35,394 nt of DNA from Promethearchaeota archaeon (GTDB taxonomy: Archaea; Asgardarchaeota; Lokiarchaeia; Sigyniarchaeales; SOKP01). The DNA is taken from the NCBI GenBank assembly GCA_008080735.1, contig SHMW01000025.1, positions 12,398 to 47,791 on the forward strand, given 5' to 3'. The position numbers and the translations under genes are program-made. Positions within the stretch are counted from its first letter, which is position 1. Each line of letters opens with the position of its first letter. Shown piece after piece: positions 19,271 to 29,326 of the stretch. Below the pieces are notes generated by a model. That model worked only from the letters and a program-made list of their open reading frames with translations, did no database searches and was not told where the DNA came from.

Positions 19271-20050
19271 ATGGACTCACACTATCCCAAGGAATTAATT
19301 GCCTTAGCAAAAGAAACCAATTGGGAACGGATAAAAGAATTTATTGAACAGTTCATTCTTTCTACTCTCAAGGATGATCTACCCTATAATGTAATTTTAT
19401 TAGAGAAGAATAATAAAAATAAGAAAAAAGAAGCTGTAAAAGATTTTTCAATTCAAAATAAAAAAGATATTGCCCGTGTGAAGCAAGTTAACGGCTTTAA
19501 CACCCTTTCCATTTATCAATCGAATGAATTTATCAGTAATAATTTATATATCACCAAGAACAATGAGACAATTATTCTCATGGCAAAATTCATGGACCCT
19601 ATAAATATCAGAAATTTAGTATGTTTCGATTTTCTGATGATGATTGACAGCAGCAATACTCCCACCTTCATAAATCCATCGGGAGATACCTTGGAAAGTA
19701 ATGAGATAATTCAATTATTTAAAAACTATGGTTTTAAAAAACAACTAAAAAATATCAATGAGATTAAGGATGCAGAGTTAGAGATCTTTATCTTTGAACA
19801 AATTACAGAGAAAAATGCCATATGGGGCGGAGAAGAGACAAAAGCGTTTAAAAGCTGGAAGGACAAGATTTCGGATCTTTATCGAGAAGACACAGGAAAG
19901 TATTCATATTATGGGGGAAATGTTACGAAAAATTTTAGAAAATATTTAGAAGAGATGTATGAATTATGGAAAAGGCTGACGAATTGTGGGCAAAAACGAG
20001 TAGACGATATTCAATTGAACAGATTCTTTTCCTTTTTAAACCTTATGTAA
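19271..20050 (+). CDS. Hypothetical protein with two tandem about 24-aa C-terminal repeats
   Basis: 259-aa ORF. Repeats FEQITEKNAIWGGEETKAFKSW and YREDTGKYSYYGGNVTKNFRKY. Confidence 0.7.
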   Translation: MDSHYPKELIALAKETNWERIKEFIEQFILSTLKDDLPYNVILLEKNNKNKKKEAVKDFSIQNKKDIARVKQVNGFNTLSIYQSNEFISNNLYITKNNETIILMAKFMDPINIRNLVCFDFLMMIDSSNTPTFINPSGDTLESNEIIQLFKNYGFKKQLKNINEIKDAELEIFIFEQITEKNAIWGGEETKAFKSWKDKISDLYREDTGKYSYYGGNVTKNFRKYLEEMYELWKRLTNCGQKRVDDIQLNRFFSFLNLM

Positions 20051-20076
20051 GATGTTATAACTAATCCGCTCACTTT

Positions 20077-20976
20077 TTAATCCAGAATGCATTCCTCTGG
20101 AGACTTGTCTAATTTTAGACGCTGAAAACTGGGAGCTCTCAATTCTTGATTGTTAGTCATTTCCAAATACTCCACTTCACAAACCAATTTATGTTCAATC
20201 CAAATCTTTTCTTCTTCTTTTTTAACAATTAGAGTATCCATTTTTTGTTTCAATCGCTCAAGTTCTCGATCGGTCCATCCTGTTCCAACCTTCCCCAATT
20301 GGACAAGTTCACCATCTTTATATGCACCAAGTAATAATGCTCCGAATGTTTCTTCTCTTTTTCCCTCTCCTTTCGTATAACCGAGAATAATACAATCAAT
20401 AGTGCTCAGATTTTTAATCTTTAAACACGCTCGACTCCTCTTTCCTGGGTGATATCTACTATCTTTCTTCTTCGCCATAACTCCTTCGAGTCCGAGCTCC
20501 CTTATCCTGTTCCATAACTCAAGCCCATTTTCGGTTGAGATGATAAACTGTAGATGATCACTTTTTTTAGCTACTTTTTTTAAATATTCCATACGAATTT
20601 CTAAAGGTTCATTTATAATCAAATTCCCCCGATATTTTATACAATCAAATATCACATAAGTGGCGGGGTATCTGTCACTTAAAAGGTTTATTTTAAAACT
20701 ATCGCTAGTCTGCTCTCTCGATTGGAGAAGATGAAAATCTGGAAGACCTTTTTCATTATATACCACCACCTCTCCATCCACAATAGATCCTTCCTTAATT
20801 TTGAGATCTTCAAATTCTGGATATCTCTGACGAATATTTCTCCCACGACGATTTATTAATTTTCCCTCGATAAATAATGCTCTGGTGCCATCTAATTTAG
20901 GTTGAAAAATATATTTATCATTTGTTAAAAGATCTTGCGAGCCTTTATGGCAGAGCATCGGTTCCCATTTTTTCAT
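20077..20976 (-). CDS. ligD: ATP-dependent DNA ligase, LigD/LigC-type (ligase + OB domains only)
   Basis: Motif I PKLDGTR, III DGEVV, IIIa IFDCI, IV EGVMAK, V LKIK. OB fold GKVGTGW and LRAPSF. Lies 26 nt downstream of Ku. Confidence 0.88.
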   Translation of the reverse strand: MKKWEPMLCHKGSQDLLTNDKYIFQPKLDGTRALFIEGKLINRRGRNIRQRYPEFEDLKIKEGSIVDGEVVVYNEKGLPDFHLLQSREQTSDSFKINLLSDRYPATYVIFDCIKYRGNLIINEPLEIRMEYLKKVAKKSDHLQFIISTENGLELWNRIRELGLEGVMAKKKDSRYHPGKRSRACLKIKNLSTIDCIILGYTKGEGKREETFGALLLGAYKDGELVQLGKVGTGWTDRELERLKQKMDTLIVKKEEEKIWIEHKLVCEVEYLEMTNNQELRAPSFQRLKLDKSPEECILD

Positions 20977-21002
20977 TTTAGGTGCATTTAGTTCATTTCA
21001 GC

Positions 21003-21770
21003 TTATTTTTGCTTTAAACTGGCCTCTAACGATTCTATCAAATTCTCGGTTTTTTCGGCTTTTTTCTTGTGGATAGATACACGTTCTCCCTTTGCTTTCT
21101 TTTTAATGGCCTCTCTGAGGTTCTCTTGGAAAGTATTCTTATATTTAGAAAGTTCAAACCTATCAGCACTCATATTTTCGATTAATTGATTGGAAAGTTC
21201 TATTTCCTTGTCTTTCAATTCGGGTGGCTCATAGTCTATATTAGGTACATTTTCTATACTCCTTATATCATCCGCATAATTAAGCAATGTGAGTAATAAT
21301 CCTTTTTTGTAGCTTTTGACCATACATAAGTACTTTTTTTCTCGCATCACAAACGAACCTATTGCTACTTTATCTTGCGACTCTATAACCCCCTTGAAAA
21401 GTGTGTATGCCCTTTCAGCACCTTCTTGTAGACCTATAAAATAATTTTTATGAATATAGAGAGGATCAATTTCTTCAGAGGGGACAAATTCATGTATTTC
21501 GATAAGGTCATCTGATTCTGGTTTTAGTTCTTCGATTTCCTCTTGCGTTAATACATAAAATTCATCTTTTCCTACTTCTAACCCTTTTACAATATTGTCC
21601 CATTCAACCTCTTGTTCGCATTCTGAACAAACGCGCTTGTAATTAATTGGTCCATTATCCTTCTTATGGAGTAATCGAAAACTAATACCACTATCATCAA
21701 CCGCTGTATATAACGCCACGGGAATATTGACTAAGCCAAATCCTAAATATCCTTTCCATACAGCTTTCAT
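21003..21770 (-). CDS. ku: Prokaryotic Ku (NHEJ DNA end-binding protein)
   Basis: N-terminal WKGYLGFGLVNIPVALY, INYKRVC, IVKGLE, FVPSEEIDPLY and C-terminal NLIESLEASL. Confidence 0.95.
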   Translation of the reverse strand: MKAVWKGYLGFGLVNIPVALYTAVDDSGISFRLLHKKDNGPINYKRVCSECEQEVEWDNIVKGLEVGKDEFYVLTQEEIEELKPESDDLIEIHEFVPSEEIDPLYIHKNYFIGLQEGAERAYTLFKGVIESQDKVAIGSFVMREKKYLCMVKSYKKGLLLTLLNYADDIRSIENVPNIDYEPPELKDKEIELSNQLIENMSADRFELSKYKNTFQENLREAIKKKAKGERVSIHKKKAEKTENLIESLEASLKQK

Positions 21771-21825
21771 TTTCGAGTAAAAGAATTCATTTCTCGTTTT
21801 TAAAGTTAATTTAAATGAGTTATAA

Positions 21826-21970
21826 GAAAAAGAAGAAAGAAATATAGGAAATTTTTTTAGGAAGGTGTTTCCTATACTTCTTGTGGTTTGGTTGGAAAGA
21901 ATTGTTGAGAAGACTTAAAAATTATGTTAGAATACCTGTTTTATTCTAAGTTATAATTTATTCTTCTCAC
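21826..21970 (-). ncRNA. Candidate structured small RNA (two hairpins + U-tract)
   Basis: Long imperfect inverted repeat 21906-21969 and a second stem 21843-21876, followed on the minus strand by a pyrimidine/T tract. TTTTAAATA box near 21992-22000. Confidence 0.3.
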
Positions 21971-22141
21971 TTACATTATTGATATCAAATCTATTTAAAA
22001 GTTTTCTAAATATTTTATTAAAAATTAGAAAGATCATATAAACCGACAAGAGACGTGATCTTAGGATATGTAACAATTTATCTTTTTAATAAGGTTTGAT
22101 ATTCCAACTTATTTATTCAACTAAATACTCAGTAATAAAAT

Positions 22142-22672
22142 ATGACTGAAAAAATTAATCAGCTACGAAAATTCTTGGAAAATCACCCAGATGATCTTAT
22201 CACTTGGCAAGAATTAGGATATTTGTATTTTCAAGAGGGAGATATATCCAAAGCAATTGAAACGTATGAAAGAGCAATTCAGATATTTCCCGATGATCCC
22301 ATTATGCGACATAATTTGGGATTTATGCATTATGAAGCGGGTAATTATTCAGACGCAATTAAATCGTTGAAGAAAGCAACAGAACTAAACCCAAAATTGG
22401 CAATTTCATATTCCGAATTGAGCTCTGTGTATATAGATATTAAAAAATATGAAAAAGCCGCTCTGGTCGCAAAAAAGGCTCTCGAGTTGAACCCACGTGA
22501 TGTCGATGCGTTAATTAATTTGGGCTCTAGTTATTATAATCTTGACCGAACCGACGATGCTATTAAAGCTCTTAAAAAAGCTCTAGAGCTCGATCCGAAA
22601 AATATATTCGCTCATGATATTCTAGAATTAACACGAGAAAAGTTGAAAGAAAAGTGGAATGAAATACAATGA
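22142..22672 (+). CDS. Tetratricopeptide repeat protein
   Basis: About four 34-aa TPR units (WQELGYLY...AIETYERAIQIFP; NLG...AIKSLKKATELNP; NLG...AIKALKKALELDP). Confidence 0.92.
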   Translation: MTEKINQLRKFLENHPDDLITWQELGYLYFQEGDISKAIETYERAIQIFPDDPIMRHNLGFMHYEAGNYSDAIKSLKKATELNPKLAISYSELSSVYIDIKKYEKAALVAKKALELNPRDVDALINLGSSYYNLDRTDDAIKALKKALELDPKNIFAHDILELTREKLKEKWNEIQ

Positions 22673-22678
22673 ATAGCT

Positions 22679-22837
22679 TTACAATAAGATCATAGCAAAG
22701 ATTGTCAATAATATACCGCATAAGACAAAGAGAAATAATCCAAATCGATAACTATATGCTGTCGCTTGGGTTGATTGACTTGAAGTATCGTTAGAGTGTC
22801 TTTTGCTCGTTTGTTGATAATGTTTATTATCTCCCAT
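22679..22837 (-). CDS. Small tail-anchored membrane protein (52 aa; not in ORF track)
   Basis: Manual translation MGDNKHYQQTSKRHSNDTSSQSTQATAYSYRFGLFLFVLCGILLTIFAMILL. AGGTGGG SD-like site upstream. Confidence 0.6.
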   Translation of the reverse strand: MGDNKHYQQTSKRHSNDTSSQSTQATAYSYRFGLFLFVLCGILLTIFAMILL

Positions 22838-23171
22838 TTATTTTCCCACCTTTATAATTTTTTACTCTTAGTTAAGTAATATTTGCAAAATTTTTAGAAA
22901 TAACCTATATATTCTATATATTTGAATGTGAGATTTCCTCTAATAAAAAACGGATCATATGAAAAATTAATTTGGAAATCTTCCATCAGAACTGAAAGCA
23001 TCGGAATAATCCTCTTGGAATATTTCTCAATTTTGCCTTCCCCTTCTCTATCTTTAACGATATGATTGAATTACAAAAACTTAAAAAAATTCGACACTTA
23101 TATATTTTGTTAGGAACACTCAATTAACAAACAAATTCAACAAACAAACTCAAACAAGGAGGCAATATATA

Positions 23172-23450
23172 ATGGCTAAAGATGAGAACAGTGTGTACAT
23201 TGGCAAGAGACCCACTATGAATTACGTAATGGCTGCAATGATGATTCTGAACAAGGATGAGCCAGTTACGGTTAAGGCTAGAGGTCGAGCTATATCTCAC
23301 GCTGTCGATGTATGTGAAATTCTTAAAAATCGATTTCTGAAAGGAACGACTTATGAGGATATTCGAATCAGCACGGAAAAACTCGAATCTGATGATGGGA
23401 CCACGAACAACGTGAGTTCTATAGAAATCGTGTTAGCTCCACCTGAATAA
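23172..23450 (+). CDS. albA: DNA/RNA-binding protein Alba
   Basis: VYIGKRPTMNYV, KARGRAISHAVDV and VSSIEIVL. GGAGG SD site. Confidence 0.95.
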   Translation: MAKDENSVYIGKRPTMNYVMAAMMILNKDEPVTVKARGRAISHAVDVCEILKNRFLKGTTYEDIRISTEKLESDDGTTNNVSSIEIVLAPPE

Positions 23451-23655
23451 AAATAACACACTCAGCGGAATTAACAATAATTCACATAGTCCTAAAACGA
23501 TCAATTAGAGAAACGTTCTATTACTTCTCTTTCTTATTTTTATTTTTTCGCTTATTTAAGATTTATAGTTTTAGAAAGCATTATTTTCAAATTTGGAAGT
23601 AAAAATTTATATGAACGAGTTTCTGAACATTAATCATAGAGAAATTCAATAAAAA

Positions 23656-24660
23656 ATGAACTTTCCCGATGATTTATTGGATCTCCTACAAACCATATAC
23701 CACTTAGAGAAGGAATTTATGCCCGAGAGTAATGTAATATTAAACGAGATTAATAAAGTATTCATTCCGTGTCGTACCGTCTTAGAAATGGAAATTCTTA
23801 CATCCTTGCTATTGGAGAATAAAAACTTTGATGATATTAAACATATTCCCGAAACTCAACCAACTAGTGAACAACTAATAGATGCATATCACGTAAGCGG
23901 AATAGATGCACTTGAGCGTATCATTTCCCATTTTACAAATGTAATTCTCAATAAGTTGAAACCGATTGTAATGTATCAACGGGATTTTAAACAGAGATAT
24001 CGGATGAGTAATGTGGATGCGTATTCTAAGACACGTCTTTGCTTATTTCTCGCACTTCACCGCTTGAAATTAAAATTTCTCGTCATCAAAAGATTTATGC
24101 AGGAGCTAGTTCCCAATGAACTAAGGGATACCAATATCATAGAAGAATTTTATAAGTTTTATTATGAGAAGAATGAAATGAATTTGAAACTGATGCTTTC
24201 TACAAAACGCATGAGCGAGAGGGTTAAGAATTTAATGAATAGGGATGATGTTATTGAAAATAGCGATTTGCTAAATGCGCTCTCATTTAAGGTTCATTTA
24301 AATAATAATGAACGTATAAAATTTATAATGAGGGATATTAAAGCATCTATATTTATCTGTCGATTAATGTTCGCCAAGATGGACGTCATCACACCCTTTT
24401 CCAAATCGAAGGAACTAAATGTCAATCCCGAGCGAATGATGGTGAGTCAGGACTTTATTCCCGAATTAATTCCTGCTATATCAAAATGTATACGCGACAA
24501 TAATCCCCGACACTTACACACCTTATTAGAAGCATTTGATTTTATGATGGAGAACGTGTTTGAAAGTATAAATAATGCTTTTGAGATTGCTTCAGGAGGC
24601 GGTATTATGTTAGATGGGGATGAGACTATGTTTAGCCTTGGGAATGTTTTTTCCGTCTGA
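23656..24660 (+). CDS. Hypothetical protein (helical)
   Basis: 334-aa ORF with no motif I recognise. Confidence 0.7.
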   Translation: MNFPDDLLDLLQTIYHLEKEFMPESNVILNEINKVFIPCRTVLEMEILTSLLLENKNFDDIKHIPETQPTSEQLIDAYHVSGIDALERIISHFTNVILNKLKPIVMYQRDFKQRYRMSNVDAYSKTRLCLFLALHRLKLKFLVIKRFMQELVPNELRDTNIIEEFYKFYYEKNEMNLKLMLSTKRMSERVKNLMNRDDVIENSDLLNALSFKVHLNNNERIKFIMRDIKASIFICRLMFAKMDVITPFSKSKELNVNPERMMVSQDFIPELIPAISKCIRDNNPRHLHTLLEAFDFMMENVFESINNAFEIASGGGIMLDGDETMFSLGNVFSV

Positions 24661-24798
24661 GGGATTCCTCCAAGCATAGTTGACGAATGACGGGAAAAAT
24701 GTGTAAAATTTCTCATTCCCAAATTTATGAATAATGGATTAAAGCTTTAAATGTGAATTATATCTTTATAATATTATAGAAAAAAGGGGAACGAAAAA

Positions 24799-25068
24799 AT
24801 GGTAGAATTAAAAGTAATCAAAAAAGATGGATCAGTAGTCGATTTTGATAAGAAAAAGATTATTGAAGCTTGCAAGAGTGCGGGTGCTTCGAAAAAGGTG
24901 GCGGAAGAAGTCGCAGATAAAGTCACTGAAGAATTACCGAAAATCCAGAGCTCTAAAATACGAGAATTAACACTTAAAGAATTAGAGAAACTGGACCCTG
25001 AAGCTTCCAAATCCTGGATCCAATATGATATTAGAGAAAAGAAGCAAGAGTCTTCATTTCAAAGGTAA
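24799..25068 (+). CDS. Stand-alone ATP-cone domain protein
   Basis: KVIKKDGSVVDFDKKKI...SSKIRELTLKEL matches the ATP-cone pattern. Confidence 0.85.
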   Translation: MVELKVIKKDGSVVDFDKKKIIEACKSAGASKKVAEEVADKVTEELPKIQSSKIRELTLKELEKLDPEASKSWIQYDIREKKQESSFQR

Positions 25069-25140
25069 TCTATATCTATATTAAGATATGCATATTCAAA
25101 GAAGTTCTTTTGAATTTTTATTTTCAATTAAAAAATCGAT

Positions 25141-25809
25141 TCAATACTCGTTTGTATAAAACAGATTGTTCTTTTTTGCTTTTTCGATATAATCATATAA
25201 TTCTTCATCGGTATTTTGATGGAAGTCTTCATAATAGGCCCCAACGGCGAATGAATAGGACTCGCTTATGGTGGGACATACCACATCATCAAATACCTCT
25301 TTAACTTTTGATATACCTTTTTTAGGAGCTACAGGGATCGCGAGAATTACTTTTTTCGTACCTTGGTTTTTGAGATATTTTCCTGCAACTAGGGCAGTGA
25401 AGCCTGTAGCAATTCCATCATCTATAACAAATATATTTTTTCCTTGTACGTTTGGTAAACCCTCTTGGGTGTATTTATTAATTCTTTTTTTGACTTTTTC
25501 AAGAGCTTTATTTTTTATTTCGTTTAGGACATCATCAGTGACGCCATAAAATTGTACTCGTTCATTGAGATCATAGGTACCATCTGGCGCGATCGCTCCA
25601 ATTGCCACCTCAGGATTATTTGGATGTGATAATTTTTTAGTGATAACTAAATTGAAGGGAATGGTGAGTTTTTCGGCTACAATATATGCTACTGGCACCC
25701 CTCCTCGAGGGATAGCACATATTATGGAATCGCTGATGAGCTCGGGAAATTGTTCTTTTATAGCATCGGCTAATTTTTCTCCTGCATTGCTTCTATTTTC
25801 ATATTTCAT
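25141..25809 (-). CDS. Phosphoribosyltransferase (COG1926-like)
   Basis: AIPRGGVPVA, NPEVAIGA, PRPP loop VIDDGIATGFT and AVGAYYEDF. Confidence 0.9.
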   Translation of the reverse strand: MKYENRSNAGEKLADAIKEQFPELISDSIICAIPRGGVPVAYIVAEKLTIPFNLVITKKLSHPNNPEVAIGAIAPDGTYDLNERVQFYGVTDDVLNEIKNKALEKVKKRINKYTQEGLPNVQGKNIFVIDDGIATGFTALVAGKYLKNQGTKKVILAIPVAPKKGISKVKEVFDDVVCPTISESYSFAVGAYYEDFHQNTDEELYDYIEKAKKNNLFYTNEY

Positions 25810-26070
25810 TTGACCACTAAAATATTATTTGATTATGAATATTCCTATAGTCTATTATCCAATACAAGATTTTATAGGTTTTCTCTAAAAATTAAAAATC
25901 AAACTAATCTAAAACTTTAGGTGGAATCGCTTAAATTTGAAACTGATTATAACTTTTAAGCTTAAATTTTTTATAAATTCAACTACGTTTTAATTGTGTT
26001 AGGTTAGATAGGAATTAACCCTATTTATATAATAGAATTATGTTCAGATTTTTATCAAAGGTTTTTATAT

Positions 26071-26376
26071 ATGTCGAAAAATTTAACTCAGATTGAAGGT
26101 ATTACAGCAGCTTTTGCTAAGGAACTTACGGATGGGGGAATAGATACAATCGATCAACTTGCGAATTCAGCACCAAAAGAGATCTCCAAACTTACAGGTA
26201 TTTCTATACAGCTCGCTGAAAAATGGATAGCTAAAGCAAATAATTTCTCGGATAAATTAAGGGAAGAGAGAAATGAACCTATCGTCCCTCCCGGAGAAAA
26301 AATGACTAGCAGCTATTCTATGAAAACTACAACGAAACGAGATATGGAAGAAAATAAAGAAATGGAAGAACGGTAG
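26071..26376 (+). CDS. Helix-hairpin-helix domain protein
   Basis: LTQIEGIT...GIDTIDQLA...LTGISIQLAEKWI tandem HhH pattern. Confidence 0.75.
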   Translation: MSKNLTQIEGITAAFAKELTDGGIDTIDQLANSAPKEISKLTGISIQLAEKWIAKANNFSDKLREERNEPIVPPGEKMTSSYSMKTTTKRDMEENKEMEER

Positions 26377-26388
26377 AAGATTTTGGAT

Positions 26389-27084
26389 TTAAAGCATTAA
26401 TATCTCTTCTATCACGAAATAAAAGAAAGAACAGCTCCCGAGATAGAGCAACATAACCAAAAAACTTAGCGGGATTTTGTAGATCTCTGGCTTTTTTTGG
26501 AGATAGAGAAATACCCAATAACTGCTTACTCCCAGAATAAGTTCAGGAAAAATAATATAGAGCGCCAAATGACCGAATAAAGTAAAGACATTTTGGGCAT
26601 ACCAAGACCCGATCATCCAAATTGTAGTTTCTGATACCGTGAAAATCATCAATGTAACAAAACTCACTGCGAGATAACTCATTTTAAGATCTTTTCTCTC
26701 GTTAATACGGATTCCCGTGAATATTATTATGATCAAGGGAATAGACCATAACCCGAGCATATATCCAGAAACCGTCCCAATCTTAAACAAACCGTCTTCT
26801 GGAAATACCAATATATTAAGTTCTGCAGAGAGAAACCAATCCGGGAATACTTGAAACACACTAATTAAAATTGTAAAAATCCATATATCTTGCCAAAGTC
26901 TATATTCTCTCTGAATTGCGAAAAATATTATCCCCACATTATAGATAATGACTAAGATGAATAACTTCCAACCAATAGGAAGGAGGGGGATTAGTAAGAT
27001 TAAAGCCGCAATAAGACTAAAGATGATGTGAAAAATAATAAACTCTCTTTCTTGTCTGGCTAAATTTAATTCAAACACATTCAA
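26389..27084 (-). CDS. Polytopic membrane protein of unknown function
   Basis: About 7 hydrophobic segments; FQVFPDWFLS and LVFPEDG motifs. Confidence 0.75.
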   Translation of the reverse strand: MNVFELNLARQEREFIIFHIIFSLIAALILLIPLLPIGWKLFILVIIYNVGIIFFAIQREYRLWQDIWIFTILISVFQVFPDWFLSAELNILVFPEDGLFKIGTVSGYMLGLWSIPLIIIIFTGIRINERKDLKMSYLAVSFVTLMIFTVSETTIWMIGSWYAQNVFTLFGHLALYIIFPELILGVSSYWVFLYLQKKPEIYKIPLSFLVMLLYLGSCSFFYFVIEEILML

Positions 27085-27298
27085 TAGAGTGATTCTTAGT
27101 TATTATTATTATTACTATTAATTTGTTATGGAACTAATTAAGTATTTCTCTTGATCATTTTAAAATTCAACCAAAACCTTACTGATTTGGAGGAGTGAAA
27201 TCTCTTTAGATTTTAAAACAAAAATTAAAAATGAATCATTTATTTCATCATAAAAAGATTTACACATTCAATTGTATTAAACGAGGTTAACAAGTATA

Positions 27299-27883
27299 AT
27301 GGCAGATTTGGAGTTAGAAGCAACATATTTTGAAAAGGCAGGTCCCAATAATACGGATAAAGCATTGGATATAGCAAAAAAGTATGCCGAACAATTTGAT
27401 ATAAAGGATATCGTTTTGGCAAGCACCACTGGCACGACTGCTGAAAAAGCATCGGAATTATTTGATGTGAATGAATATAACGTCATAGTTATTACACATT
27501 CCTACTATTTTGTTGGAAGCAAGGTCCGACAGGAATTTGATGAGGAAAAAATGGAACAACTAGAACAGAAAGGGCTTAAATTTCTATCAGCCACCCATGC
27601 CATGAGTGGGATTGAACGTGGACTTCGTATTAAAAAACAACCTTGGATCTTTGTGGATCTACTTGCGAAAGTGATTCGAGAACAATTTAGCCAAGGTACT
27701 AAAGTCTGTATAGAGATAGCAAGTATGGCTGCGGATGCGGGATTGATTCCTGATTTAGACCGAGATATCATTTGTATAGCTGGAACTGGTCGTGGAGCCG
27801 ATACAGTATGCCTGCTCAAACCCGCCCCTACCAGTGAATTCATGGATGTTAGAGTAAAAGCAATTCTTTGCAAACCACTTTAG
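27299..27883 (+). CDS. Pyruvate-kinase C-terminal-like alpha/beta protein (COG1751-type)
   Basis: YFEKAGPNNT, VLASTTGTTA, QGTKVCIEIASMAADAG and AGTGRGADT. Confidence 0.85.
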   Translation: MADLELEATYFEKAGPNNTDKALDIAKKYAEQFDIKDIVLASTTGTTAEKASELFDVNEYNVIVITHSYYFVGSKVRQEFDEEKMEQLEQKGLKFLSATHAMSGIERGLRIKKQPWIFVDLLAKVIREQFSQGTKVCIEIASMAADAGLIPDLDRDIICIAGTGRGADTVCLLKPAPTSEFMDVRVKAILCKPL

Positions 27884-27965
27884 AACAACATTTTTTTTCA
27901 TCGATTTTTTTTGTTCTTAATTCTTTTTATTAGATAATGTCTATTTTTTATTAGGTGGAAATTTT

Positions 27966-29189
27966 TTGACCGATAAGACCTATTTAAATGAGATTCGATC
28001 GATCAGAGAACGGTTTGCAGATGTTGTTCACTATACCCCCCTTGAAAGAAGTACTACTCTCTCCAGAATGACGGGCAATGAAGTTTATTTAAAATTAGAA
28101 AATTTTCAGAGAACCGGATCTTTTAAAATCCGGGGAGCATATAATAAGATATCTTCTCTTTCTGAGAATGAGAGAAGCAAGGGAGTAATCACCGCATCGG
28201 CTGGTAATCATGGACAAGCTGTTGCTTTAGCTGCGAAATTATTTGGTATTAGATCTGTGGTAGTCGTGCCCGAAGATGCTCCCATTGTAAAAATAGAAGC
28301 GATTAAGAATTACAATAATAAAGGAAGAGTTGTCGAGCATGGATTAAAATATGATGATGCTTATGAAAAAGCACTTGAAATCCAAAAAGATGAAAGACTT
28401 ACTTTTATCCAAGCTTTCAATGATAAAGATATAATTAAAGGCCAAGCAACAATCGGAGTTGAATTGTTGGAACAACTCCCGGATATAGAGTATGTATTTT
28501 GTCCAATAGGTGGGGGCGGTTTAATAAGCGGAATTAGTTCTTATTGTAAGACGATGAAAAATGATATAAAAATCATCGGTGTTCAATCGGAAAATGCCCC
28601 TTCCATGTATCGCGCATACAAAAACAATAATATAAGGACATCAGAAATCAAAGATACAATTTGCGACGGAATTGCTGTAAAAAAGCCTGGAGATATTACC
28701 TATGAGTTTATTAAAAAATATGTAGATGATATTGTGCTCGTTTCGGATGAAGAAGTGGCTAATGCTATCCTCCTCCTATTAGAAAGAGCTAAATTATATG
28801 TGGAAGGTGCGGGAGCTGCGGGATTGGCCGCATTACTAAATAAAAAAGTCAATATTGCCAATAAAAAAGTGGCAGTGGTTATTTCCGGAGGAAATTTAAC
28901 CCCAAATCTATTAAATCGTATCATTACTAAAGGTTTAATTAAAGCTGGGCGCTTTTTAAAATTTAAAACTAAAGTCCCCGATGTTCCCGGTGCTCTTTTA
29001 GAAGTATTGAGGTTCATTGCGGAAGAAAAGGGAAATATCATTTCCATCACACACGAGCGTGAAAAATTGGAACTAGAGTATAAAAAAGCCGTAGTGGTTA
29101 TTGAAATTGAAACCCGTAATTTTGACCATATCGAACAAATATTAAACAAAATGCGGGAAAAGTTCGAAATTGAAATTTCTCAATTTTAA
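27966..29189 (+). CDS. ilvA: Threonine ammonia-lyase with single C-terminal ACT domain
   Basis: PLP Lys motif TGSFKIRGA, SAGNHGQ, PIGGGGLISG, SGGN and ACT PDVPGAL. TTG start with AGGTGG SD site. Confidence 0.93.
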   Translation: MTDKTYLNEIRSIRERFADVVHYTPLERSTTLSRMTGNEVYLKLENFQRTGSFKIRGAYNKISSLSENERSKGVITASAGNHGQAVALAAKLFGIRSVVVVPEDAPIVKIEAIKNYNNKGRVVEHGLKYDDAYEKALEIQKDERLTFIQAFNDKDIIKGQATIGVELLEQLPDIEYVFCPIGGGGLISGISSYCKTMKNDIKIIGVQSENAPSMYRAYKNNNIRTSEIKDTICDGIAVKKPGDITYEFIKKYVDDIVLVSDEEVANAILLLLERAKLYVEGAGAAGLAALLNKKVNIANKKVAVVISGGNLTPNLLNRIITKGLIKAGRFLKFKTKVPDVPGALLEVLRFIAEEKGNIISITHEREKLELEYKKAVVVIEIETRNFDHIEQILNKMREKFEIEISQF

Positions 29190-29326
29190 GTATATCAATA
29201 AGAAAGTCTTAAAATTTCGGTTTGTTTTTTAAGTGGGTAAAATATTTATATTTCGTGAATTCTAATTAGAATATACTCAATAAAATTCAACGCATTGTAA
29301 GAATTGAAATTAAGGTGGTCATTAAT

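Noticed and set aside
21873-21970. Possible second intron-split small ORF on the minus strand within the hairpin
   Set aside because: BHB-rule cuts would remove 31 nt and not restore a frame, the bulge geometry is imperfect, and no recognisable protein results.
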